Part shown: piece by piece, positions 48,167 to 56,252 of the stretch
How the letters are laid out: every line of letters starts with the position of its first letter
Position numbering within the stretch: position 1 is the stretch's first letter
Assembly: GCA_018830005.1 (NCBI GenBank)
Contig: JAHJTE010000001.1
Span: 577,332-641,331, forward strand
Length of the DNA: 64,000 bases
Source: Candidatus Omnitrophota bacterium
Lineage (GTDB): Bacteria; Omnitrophota; Gorgyraeia; JAHJTE01
Direction: 5' to 3'
Notes under the pieces: generated by a model
The model's input: only the letters and a program-made list of their open reading frames with translations
The model's database searches: none
Told to the model about the DNA's origin: nothing
Program-made: the position numbers and the translations under genes

Positions 48167-49006
48167 ATGGACACTGAAGCAATTAAGCAATTTTTGAATG
48201 ATGTCCATCAGAGACATAAGGATTATGATTATACAAAAGTTAAATCGGTGTTACAGGAATTAAAACGAGGATTCGTTGCTACTAATAAACAGGATGAGGC
48301 CAAAGAAGTATGGTGTTATGAGCAAACAATAAATGCTCAAAAGAATTTTATGGAAGCTTACAAAGCATTAAAACAAGAAAAGTTTTATGAGGCTTGGTGT
48401 ATTTTGGAAAAATGCGAGATTGCCCTTTTGTATTTAAAACCGCATTTTTATCAACGGTTTTCGGAATATTCTTTGGATTTTATCGAAAATCATGCGCGAA
48501 TGTTACAATCATTGTATCCATATAAACTCTTTATAAGTCCAGAGATGCTTATCCATCATTACAAATGCAGTATATGCGATCAAAGAGTCGTTCTTCGGAA
48601 TCCGTGTAGACATGAAGTTGGAGAGATTTATAATGGCGAGATGTGCGTAAGAATCATAGACGGAATTGAGTTTCTAGGCTCAGCTTTTGTAACAAATCCT
48701 GTTCAAAAGTACTCAGTTCCGTTTTTGACCGATCAACAGACAGGTAAGACAGTAGATCCATATAATTATAACCTAGTAAAATTTTTAATTGAGAAGCTGT
48801 CTACACCATTTGATGATTGGAGCTTGAAATGGACGAAAAAGCTTCATCCGCATTCAAAATTTAAACATCTTAGTAGGAATGACAAATGTCCATGCGCTTC
48901 GGGGAAGAAATATAAGCAATGTTGCCTTAATAAAAAAGGAGTGCTAATGGATCATTGTATATTTTCTATTCCTGGAATAGAAGGTTGTGAAGAAAGGATT
49001 CTTTAG
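48167..49006 (+). CDS. SEC-C motif protein with additional Cys/His cluster
   Basis: RNDKCPCASGKKYKQCC; CSIC...CRH...YNGEMC. Confidence 0.8.
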   Translation: MDTEAIKQFLNDVHQRHKDYDYTKVKSVLQELKRGFVATNKQDEAKEVWCYEQTINAQKNFMEAYKALKQEKFYEAWCILEKCEIALLYLKPHFYQRFSEYSLDFIENHARMLQSLYPYKLFISPEMLIHHYKCSICDQRVVLRNPCRHEVGEIYNGEMCVRIIDGIEFLGSAFVTNPVQKYSVPFLTDQQTGKTVDPYNYNLVKFLIEKLSTPFDDWSLKWTKKLHPHSKFKHLSRNDKCPCASGKKYKQCCLNKKGVLMDHCIFSIPGIEGCEERIL

Positions 49007-49147
49007 GAAAATCAATAAAAGGCAATTGTAGAGATTTGCGTTACATCTAAACAGGATAGGTTATAAAAATAAGGGGGTAATTTTAAGCTTTTAGCAACAG
49101 GCGCTTGGTTTCATTTCGGCGTTCTTTCTCGCGGGAGACCAATCTTT

Positions 49148-49888
49148 ATGAGCACAACCTACGACCTCAACAAAATAAAATTCGCTACCGATGAAGCGAC
49201 GTTCAAACGTGCGGTGGGGTTATATGAGGGCGGCAAGGTGACGGAGGTTGAGGAGGCCTTAGGTGATTGGACAGCCATTGTGCTTGGGATTAAGCCGTAC
49301 CGGGTTTCTGTGTCAGGGCGTAATTACAAGCATAGCCATTGCACCTGTTATGTTGGAGAAAAAGGCACGCTTTGTAAGCACATGGTTGCTTTGGCAATCC
49401 ATGCGGTTATGGGAGGGAAGCCATTGGACGATAAGGATAAAGAGCTTTCTTGTGGGATTGAATACAGCGGGCGTCGCGGTGTGCTGAATAAGGAAGAATT
49501 AGAAGCGCTTAAGAAAGCTGTTACTGAATCTATGCGATATATAAAGCCTTACCGGGGGCCCTCACGCACCTGGTTTGCTAATCAGGATTCTTTACGGGAA
49601 GGATGCAACCGGTTGTCAGCCGTTATTTCTAGCCTGCCGGTTAACAAGCAGGTGGTTGATATCTTGGTCAAATTGCTTTTGCGCTTGGAAAGGAAGCTAA
49701 GTGTCGGAGGAGTGGACGATTCAAACGGTATTGTGGGAGGATTAGCCGGTGAATTAGTGGCTCTGCTTGAAGGATTCACAAAAATAGATCCGTCATGTAT
49801 TGATTCCTTTGAACCGCTTTGCGGGAAAGAGTATTGTTTCGGTTGGGAAGATCCACTTGTCCGTATTTTTGACGAGAGAGTTAAATAA
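49148..49888 (+). CDS. SWIM zinc-finger protein
   Basis: CTC...LCKHMVAL; GVDDSNG. Confidence 0.8.
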   Translation: MSTTYDLNKIKFATDEATFKRAVGLYEGGKVTEVEEALGDWTAIVLGIKPYRVSVSGRNYKHSHCTCYVGEKGTLCKHMVALAIHAVMGGKPLDDKDKELSCGIEYSGRRGVLNKEELEALKKAVTESMRYIKPYRGPSRTWFANQDSLREGCNRLSAVISSLPVNKQVVDILVKLLLRLERKLSVGGVDDSNGIVGGLAGELVALLEGFTKIDPSCIDSFEPLCGKEYCFGWEDPLVRIFDERVK

Positions 49889-49894
49889 GAATAA

Positions 49895-51109
49895 TTGAGA
49901 GAAGAGATGGCTGAAGAAGTGATGGGAAAAGATTTAACAGAGAATGTCCAAGAATTGGCCGAGGCGTGGTATAAGGGCGAGTTTGACTTAGGATATTACA
50001 ACTTTTATATCTGCACCGCGACCGAAGGATTGATTCAGAAATGCAAGGACGAGCATAAGATTAAGGTGTCGCGTTCGGATATAGAAGATATGTGCAAGCT
50101 GGACCTGCTTGAGTTCATATTGGATAAAAAAGACGGGAAAAAGATGTTTCCTCAGTTTATAGCTGACAGGGTAGCGTTTATAAAGGAATTACAGGCAAAT
50201 CTTAATTATCCGGTTCCAAGGTTACAGCAGATTATCGCTTATGAGAACGAGTCGCTGCCGTATTCAAACGAGGCATGTGATTTCTATTATGCTGACAGAA
50301 AGAATATTATGACCTGGCTTATTAAGAGGCTTAAATTTGAGATAAATGGCAGGAAAGAGTACTTGAAGGCGCTTGATGCGATTAATAAAAAATACGCTGA
50401 TGATGTAAAAAAGAAAAGAATAAAAAGAGTGATTGCTGATTTGGTTAAAAATGCAGAGGCAAGTATTGTCACCATTGAAGAGGTTGTCACCGAGTTAGCA
50501 AAGTGGAAATGGAAGGGCTTATCCAAACAGCAGAAGGATGAAGTGGTAAAAGTTGTTTTTGAACAACAGCTTTACGATGAGCGTGAGCGCATATCTGATA
50601 TGAAGCACTATTATAATAAGATATTATCGGGATACAGCCCTCAAGTTGAGTTTAAAAAGCCTGAGACAGCAAAGGAGCGGTTGGATTTTAGGCAAATTAA
50701 CTGGGAGGAAACAATCGAGTCCGTTAAGATGTACTCGCAGTTTATCGATTTTTTCGCGACTCCGTATTTCTCTGTGGAAATTGATAGGAAAGCAATCACT
50801 ATAAAGATAACAAATCCTAAGGAAGTGAGCACTCCCTTAAAAGGCGCGATAGATAAAATTTACACTATTTTTAAAAGCCGTTTTGGATACAGGCGAAAAG
50901 GATGGGGAGAGCGTTCAGGGAAAAAGCAACTTATGGAGCAGCGCAACGAGAAGCTGAGAAAGCTTTACTCAATGATGCGCAAAGAGAAACCAAATGTAGC
51001 CAGCGGGATTTTGATTGACCGGCTTATCGAAGAAACAAAAAAGACGGAGATCCCAGTTTTGACCACCGAAAGGATAAAGAGAATTATTTATACAAAGAAT
51101 ATGTCGTAA
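49895..51109 (+). CDS. Hypothetical protein, possible MerR-like HTH regulator of the element
   Basis: VSRSDIEDMCKLDLL...RVAFIKELQ...YPVPRLQQII resembles a MerR HTH; sits just before the replication module. Confidence 0.5.
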   Translation: MREEMAEEVMGKDLTENVQELAEAWYKGEFDLGYYNFYICTATEGLIQKCKDEHKIKVSRSDIEDMCKLDLLEFILDKKDGKKMFPQFIADRVAFIKELQANLNYPVPRLQQIIAYENESLPYSNEACDFYYADRKNIMTWLIKRLKFEINGRKEYLKALDAINKKYADDVKKKRIKRVIADLVKNAEASIVTIEEVVTELAKWKWKGLSKQQKDEVVKVVFEQQLYDERERISDMKHYYNKILSGYSPQVEFKKPETAKERLDFRQINWEETIESVKMYSQFIDFFATPYFSVEIDRKAITIKITNPKEVSTPLKGAIDKIYTIFKSRFGYRRKGWGERSGKKQLMEQRNEKLRKLYSMMRKEKPNVASGILIDRLIEETKKTEIPVLTTERIKRIIYTKNMS

Positions 51110-51164
51110 ACTCTCGCGCTTATTCTCGCATATGCGTGTAAATTTATTATAGTTTACGACATAT
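51099..51164. repeat. Perfect 14-bp inverted repeat with 38-bp spacer
   Basis: ATATGTCGTAAACT (51099-51112) / AGTTTACGACATAT (51151-51164). Confidence 0.75.
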
Positions 51165-51189
51165 CCAGAGAAGCTTTTTTAGGGTATAG

Positions 51190-51228
51190 TCCCTGTAGGA
51201 ATAAAAACCTGCAGGGATTTTTTATTTT
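51190..51228 (+). terminator. Intrinsic terminator-like hairpin
   Basis: TCCCTGTAGG-loop-CCTGCAGGGA then TTTTTTATTTT. Confidence 0.65.
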
Positions 51229-51573
51229 ATGGCAACGACAAAAGGCGAGATAAAAATGAGAAGAGTAAAAGTTGATGAAGTGGTTTTCTACCCCATACGT
51301 CCTACCGAAAAAGGTTTAATCGGTTTTGCCTCCTGCTTATTCGATAGACGCCTTTCCTTGAGCAGTATTGCCATATATACACGGCCTGACGGAAAAGATT
51401 ACAGGCTTCTTTTTCCCTCAAAGCGGCTCCCGAACAATAAGGAAATAAATATATTTTATCCCGTGAATAGCGAGACTTACGAGCTGATAAAAGACGCGAT
51501 CGTGAAAAAAATAGAAGAATTAACCGAAAAGGTGAAAGAAAGAGGTGGATATGAAGAATATGGAAAATTATGA
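51229..51573 (+). CDS. SpoVG-like nucleic-acid-binding protein
   Basis: KGLIGFAS...LSSIAIY...LLFPSK...IFYPVN pattern; start may be ATG 51256. Confidence 0.65.
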   Translation: MATTKGEIKMRRVKVDEVVFYPIRPTEKGLIGFASCLFDRRLSLSSIAIYTRPDGKDYRLLFPSKRLPNNKEINIFYPVNSETYELIKDAIVKKIEELTEKVKERGGYEEYGKL

Positions 51574-54157
51574 TTTCAGGGACATTATCGAAAACGTAAG
51601 GGAAAGGTATGACATTGGCGAAGTAGTAAGCCGACATGTAAGGCTTACTCATAGCAAGAAAGGCATTTGCCCTTTTCATGAGGAAAAGACGCCGAGTTTC
51701 TCGGTAAATACGAAAGGGCAGTATTTTTATTGCTTTGGCTGCGGTAAGGGCGGAGATGTTTTTAAATTTCTTGAGCTTTATGAGAGGAAGTCCTTTGCCG
51801 AGGTTTTAAGAGAGCTTGCGGATAGGGCCGGTATTAAGGTTCCAGACTTAGGTCCTAATTCGCACAAGCATATTGATGAAGAAAGGACGACTCGAGATAT
51901 CCTTAGCGTCGCAGCGGAATATTATCACGAGCGCATTACGCAAGAAGCAAACGATTATTTGACAAAGAAAAGAGGCATTAAGGATGAGATAATCTCCAGA
52001 TTCAAAATTGGTTATACAAACGGGAATTTAAACGAATACCTGATTAAAGAGTGCTGTTTCCCGCTCGATATTTGTCTTAAGGCCGGAGTCCTTAAGAAAA
52101 GAGAAGATGGTACCATCAAAGACTACTTCTGCAATAGGATTATTTTTCCTAATTTCAGGCGCGGCCAGGTGGTTCACATGTCCGCAAGAGGATTGGGTGA
52201 TAATGAGCCGAAATACCTGCATCTTCCGGGAGAGATAAAATACCCATATAATGAAGACTCGCTTTATGAAAAGGAAGTCTATGTTGTTGAGGGAATACTT
52301 GACTGCCTATCTCTTATCCAGTGTAGTTATCCTGCCGTTGCCGTTTTAGGCGCATCCAATTTTAAGTCCGAATACTTACAAAAGTTTTCCCGCTGCGAAA
52401 AGGTCTACATTTGCCTTGATGGCGATGAGGCGGGCATAAAAGGTTCGCTTAAGATCGGCAACATGATAGGAGATAAAGCAAGAATCGCTTCCTTGCCGGA
52501 AGGTATGGATATCAACGATTACCTTAATAGTTACACAAAAGATGATTTTGATAAGTTAATCGCCTGCTCCAAAGATCCTATTAAATATGAGCTTAGCTTT
52601 ATCTCGCCGGATACGGATAAAACCGAGCTTCCCCAAAAGCTTGAACCTATCTTGAAAAAATTAAGCTCTATGGAAAAAGCCCGGATAGAGGCGTATCTCA
52701 GCTATGAGATTAAGGCGCGTTTCAAGCTTAAAAAAGAGGATGTAGACGGCTATAGAGATATGATTATGAAGAGCCGCAAGGCGGATATGCAGGAAAGTAA
52801 GAGCCGGGCGGAGGAAGAAGAAGCTAAGCCAGTATATACCGCTTTATTTGAGGGCTTGATTGACGTAGTAGAAAAAGAAGGCAAACCCGCTTTTTTGATA
52901 AAGGAAGGTGATGATCTTTTAATCGTGAACAGCCTAAAGAAGGACGGCTTGCTTTATCTCCCGCCGCCTAAAGAGCAGATTCCATGGCTTATGCCGCGGG
53001 GAGAGGAGATATTGAAATTATATGAGACCCAATCAGAAAAATCCGCTGAGGAATGTGATAGAGAGCTTTATGACGAGCTGTTAGCTTACCATAAGTCAAT
53101 TTCGGAATTGCCGGAGGATAGCTATTACGACCTAATAACGGCCTGGGACCTACACACCTATCTTTTGGAAACAATAGAATATACGCCGATTATATGCCTG
53201 TTTGCCGTTCCTGAGCGCGGCAAAAGCCGCACCGGCAAGGGCATGATTTACATTGCCTTTCGCGGGATACATGTCGAGTCTTTAAGGGATGCCTATCTTG
53301 TGAGGGTTGCGAATGATCTCATGGCCTCTTTGTTTCTTGACGTAAAGGAGATATGGAAAAAGGCGGAGAAAAACGGGAGCGAAGACATACTATTACACCG
53401 TTTTGAGAAAGGGGCAAAAGTGCCGAGAGTCCTTTTTCCCGATAAGGGCGCGCACAGGGATATCGTGTATTATTCCATATTCGGCCCTACCATAATAAGC
53501 ACAAACGAGGGGATACACAGGATTCTTGAAACAAGGGCTATTCCTATTAACATGCCCGATACGACAAGACGTTTTGAAGATGATGTTACGCCTTTACGCG
53601 CCTTACCGCTCAAGGAAAAATTAATCACGTTCCGGGCAAGGCATTACGGGAAGGCGTTGCCATGTATGCCGAAACCGGCTTTAGGCAGGTTAGGGGATAT
53701 ACTTAAGCCTATCCAGCAGATTATACGCCTGGTCAGGCCGGAGCGAGAGGCTTATTTTCTAAAGCTTGTTAAGAGGTTAGAGTCGGAGAAATTGATTGAA
53801 AAAGCGGATACTATTGAGGCTCAGATCTTGGCTGTCTTGTCGAATCTCAGAAGCAATGTGGACAAGGGCATGCTTCCGGTTAAGGAGATTACGGATAGCT
53901 TTAACGAAGATAGGAGTGATAAATACAAGGTTACCTATCAGAGGATTGGCCGGAGGCTGTCGGCCATGGGGTTTAGTAAGGTAAGGACAAGTAACGGCGC
54001 TTCTGCCATAGTCTGGGATGAGGAGAAATTGGAGAGAATTAAGGACTCATACGGGTTGAGCAAAACGTCAGAAATACCAGATACGTCAGATACACCTAAA
54101 GACCCTTATGTTACTGACGTTTCTTGCGATACTGACGTTTCCCGGAGGCCATTTTGA
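51545..54157 (+). CDS. DnaG-type primase (CHC2 zinc finger + Toprim) fused to a C-terminal P-loop-like replication domain
   Basis: CPFHEEKTPSF..YCFGCG, RIIFP, VVEGILD, LDGDEAG, DIND; later PERGKSRTG. Confidence 0.85.
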   Translation: MDMKNMENYDFRDIIENVRERYDIGEVVSRHVRLTHSKKGICPFHEEKTPSFSVNTKGQYFYCFGCGKGGDVFKFLELYERKSFAEVLRELADRAGIKVPDLGPNSHKHIDEERTTRDILSVAAEYYHERITQEANDYLTKKRGIKDEIISRFKIGYTNGNLNEYLIKECCFPLDICLKAGVLKKREDGTIKDYFCNRIIFPNFRRGQVVHMSARGLGDNEPKYLHLPGEIKYPYNEDSLYEKEVYVVEGILDCLSLIQCSYPAVAVLGASNFKSEYLQKFSRCEKVYICLDGDEAGIKGSLKIGNMIGDKARIASLPEGMDINDYLNSYTKDDFDKLIACSKDPIKYELSFISPDTDKTELPQKLEPILKKLSSMEKARIEAYLSYEIKARFKLKKEDVDGYRDMIMKSRKADMQESKSRAEEEEAKPVYTALFEGLIDVVEKEGKPAFLIKEGDDLLIVNSLKKDGLLYLPPPKEQIPWLMPRGEEILKLYETQSEKSAEECDRELYDELLAYHKSISELPEDSYYDLITAWDLHTYLLETIEYTPIICLFAVPERGKSRTGKGMIYIAFRGIHVESLRDAYLVRVANDLMASLFLDVKEIWKKAEKNGSEDILLHRFEKGAKVPRVLFPDKGAHRDIVYYSIFGPTIISTNEGIHRILETRAIPINMPDTTRRFEDDVTPLRALPLKEKLITFRARHYGKALPCMPKPALGRLGDILKPIQQIIRLVRPEREAYFLKLVKRLESEKLIEKADTIEAQILAVLSNLRSNVDKGMLPVKEITDSFNEDRSDKYKVTYQRIGRRLSAMGFSKVRTSNGASAIVWDEEKLERIKDSYGLSKTSEIPDTSDTPKDPYVTDVSCDTDVSRRPF
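54063..54140. repeat. Iteron-like repeats (putative origin) in the primase 3' end
   Basis: ACGTCAG twice (18-bp period) followed by CTGACGT twice (18-bp period) in inverted orientation. Confidence 0.65.
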
Positions 54158-54224
54158 GGATGCATTGTGGTTATTTAATGGGAAGATTATCAGTTTACTT
54201 TAACAGGAGAGGAGGTGATTAGAC

Positions 54225-54374
54225 ATGAGCAAGAATCAATGGGATAAAGCGTTTGAAAGGATGCAGTCTGAAGCGGGGCAAGAGTCCAGAGAACATAAGC
54301 AGAGATGGGATAAGACGCTTGAGAGATTAGCTAATGAGTGGAATGAAACAGCAAGAGAAATCCAGCGTTGTTAA
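54225..54374 (+). CDS. Small 49-aa hypothetical protein; not in ORF track
   Basis: GGAGGTG RBS; MSKNQWDKAFERM...QRWDKTLERL internal repeat. Confidence 0.55.
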   Translation: MSKNQWDKAFERMQSEAGQESREHKQRWDKTLERLANEWNETAREIQRC

Positions 54375-54459
54375 ATTCTGGTAGATGTTGTTAATGGTTG
54401 GTGCAGACTTTGGAGGGGGAATTCGTTGGACATGGAGGCAAGGTTAACGAATATAAAAT

Positions 54460-54640
54460 GGGTCCTTCCGGAGGGGGCTTGGGCCGAGGGTCAGGCGAGG
54501 CGCAGTTTGTCAGTGATTTTAGGTTCATTTTTTTGCATGTCGGTGTCGGTATATCAAGGGAAAAAAATCATAATTTTAAGCACAAAACCGAAAAAATCAG
54601 GGGCAAGTAGACCGACATGAGCCTTTAGCAAATGTCGGAT
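54460..54640 (+). other. Lambda-like cos packaging signal candidate
   Basis: GGGTCCT (cosQ sequence) 54460-54466, GC-rich cosN-like GGGTCAGGCGA, then CATGTCGGT / ACCGACATG / ATGTCGG repeats before the TerS-like gene. Confidence 0.6.
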
Positions 54641-54675
54641 AGGATGCCGGATTTTTTCAGAAAGGACAAACCATC

Positions 54676-55314
54676 ATGACAGAAGAACAAAAAAGACAAA
54701 ACGAGGTGAATAAACAAAGCATTGCCGAGATAGCCAAGAAGAAAAGGCAGCTTTATCTTTATAACAAGATGCAGAGCGGAAAACCTCTCTCTGTTTCCGA
54801 GATAAAGGAAGTCGAGGCATTTGAGGCCTCAACTTTATCTCCGGGAGTCGTCAGGACTCAAGCAGAGGTAGCGCAGACCCTTGGCGTAACCAAAAGGACT
54901 GTTGAGCGATGGGCTAGTCAGGGAATGCCGATAACTCGTGAAGGCAATTATGATCTTCTGGATATCAAGGCCTGGAAGGTCACGAGAAAGAGATTCAAGT
55001 ATTTAAAAGACAATGAAAAAGAAAAATGGGACATAGAGTATCGAAAAAACAAAGCGCTTATAATCAAGATCGAATACGAAAAGACTTTAGGCCAGCTTAT
55101 ATCAAGAGAGGAAGTTGAAAAAGGAAGGATCGCCAGAATCATTGCCGTTAAAAATGCTTTTCTTGTTCTGCCTACGAGACTTGCGCCTTTACTTGCGATG
55201 AAGGAGCCAAGAGAAATCGAATCCATCATGCATGAGAACATTGCTGAAATATTAGATGATTTTGCAGGCGTGAGAAAAGGAATAAATGGAGAAGATGTGC
55301 AAGAGGAATGGTGA
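54676..55314 (+). CDS. Terminase small subunit-like protein (Nu1 type)
   Basis: TQAEVAQTLGVTKRTVERWASQGMP...YDLLDIKAW wHTH; GQLISREEV...AFLVLPTRLAPLL. Confidence 0.75.
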   Translation: MTEEQKRQNEVNKQSIAEIAKKKRQLYLYNKMQSGKPLSVSEIKEVEAFEASTLSPGVVRTQAEVAQTLGVTKRTVERWASQGMPITREGNYDLLDIKAWKVTRKRFKYLKDNEKEKWDIEYRKNKALIIKIEYEKTLGQLISREEVEKGRIARIIAVKNAFLVLPTRLAPLLAMKEPREIESIMHENIAEILDDFAGVRKGINGEDVQEEW

Positions 55315-55483
55315 AGATAAAAGTATTAGGCCTCGAGGGTGGGAAGCTTTAGAAATGAAGCTTAAAGGTAGGGGTCTGTCCATAGCGGAGGTTCAAGAGG
55401 CTCGCAAGTCGTTTTATGAGGGGATAGAGCTTTTGTCTAAGATGTTTTTGGTGTGCTATGAAGCGGAGAAGCAAGAAAAATGA
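55286..55483 (+). CDS. Small hypothetical protein
   Basis: AAGGA RBS; overlaps the TerS-like gene end. Confidence 0.45.
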   Translation: MEKMCKRNGEDKSIRPRGWEALEMKLKGRGLSIAEVQEARKSFYEGIELLSKMFLVCYEAEKQEK

Positions 55484-55497
55484 TGATAAGAAATACC

Positions 55498-55526
55498 TTG
55501 TATAAGGTTGTTTAATACGGTACAAT
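55498..55526 (+). promoter_or_regulatory. Sigma70 promoter for HTH-hypothetical-recombinase-miaB transcript
   Basis: TTGTAT 55498, 17 bp, TACAAT 55521. Confidence 0.6.
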
Positions 55527-55555
55527 ACGAATGCTTATTAAAAGGGTCATTTATT

Positions 55556-55732
55556 ATGAAGACTTATACAATGACAGAGACGGCTAAAATGCTGGGAGTT
55601 CATCGCCAGACTATGATTAACTGGATTCGTAGGGGTTGGGTTAAGCCCAAAAGGGATTATAAGGACTGGCCGGTGTTTACGGATGAGTGTATCAAGAAGA
55701 TCAAGGATTGGCGGGAGAAGTTAAAGGATTAA
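55556..55732 (+). CDS. Excisionase/MerR-like HTH protein (candidate directionality factor)
   Basis: YTMTETAKMLGVHRQTMINWIRRGWVKPKRD...VFT; two genes upstream of the recombinase. Confidence 0.75.
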   Translation: MKTYTMTETAKMLGVHRQTMINWIRRGWVKPKRDYKDWPVFTDECIKKIKDWREKLKD

Positions 55733-55736
55733 AAGT

Positions 55737-56252
55737 ATGTTCAAAAAATTATGGGACAGTATAAAATATAAAAAAATTTTGAGTGAAGTTGGAGATGGCC
55801 GATACCAAATATTTTCTCCAGAAGATCCATTTATTTCATCTTATTTATCTCCGGGATTAGCTAAGAAGCATGAAGATAAATTTACATGCGTATGTCTTGC
55901 TACTTGTGCTACTATTGTGACTTCAACAATTGATTATGCTTGTGAAGGAGTAATTATTCCTAAATGTTCACCGGTAGTTTTGTGGAGAACTTTTCGATAT
56001 TGCGAACACGATGGTGTCCCGCATCTTAACGCAGATGATAACATTATCTTTCCAGATCAAAAGGGCAGTATTTGGAAAGTATCAAAGACAGATTCCGAAG
56101 ACCACTATATTTCTATTGCTACATGGGCAGGACTCAACGTTATAGCATCTGCTTACCATTTACCACAGGTTCCGAGCGGAGCTTATTCGGATTATGTAGA
56201 AAATGGAGCTTCTGTGCCAATTACATTTGTGCCGGTGGGGAACAATAAGTAA
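55737..56252 (+). CDS. Hypothetical protein
   Basis: ORF coupled to the recombinase start (TAATG). Confidence 0.55.
   Translation: MFKKLWDSIKYKKILSEVGDGRYQIFSPEDPFISSYLSPGLAKKHEDKFTCVCLATCATIVTSTIDYACEGVIIPKCSPVVLWRTFRYCEHDGVPHLNADDNIIFPDQKGSIWKVSKTDSEDHYISIATWAGLNVIASAYHLPQVPSGAYSDYVENGASVPITFVPVGNNK

Noticed and set aside
51545-54157. Host replicative dnaG
   Set aside because: Has an extra P-loop-like C-terminal region and sits in a mobile-element context rather than next to rpoD
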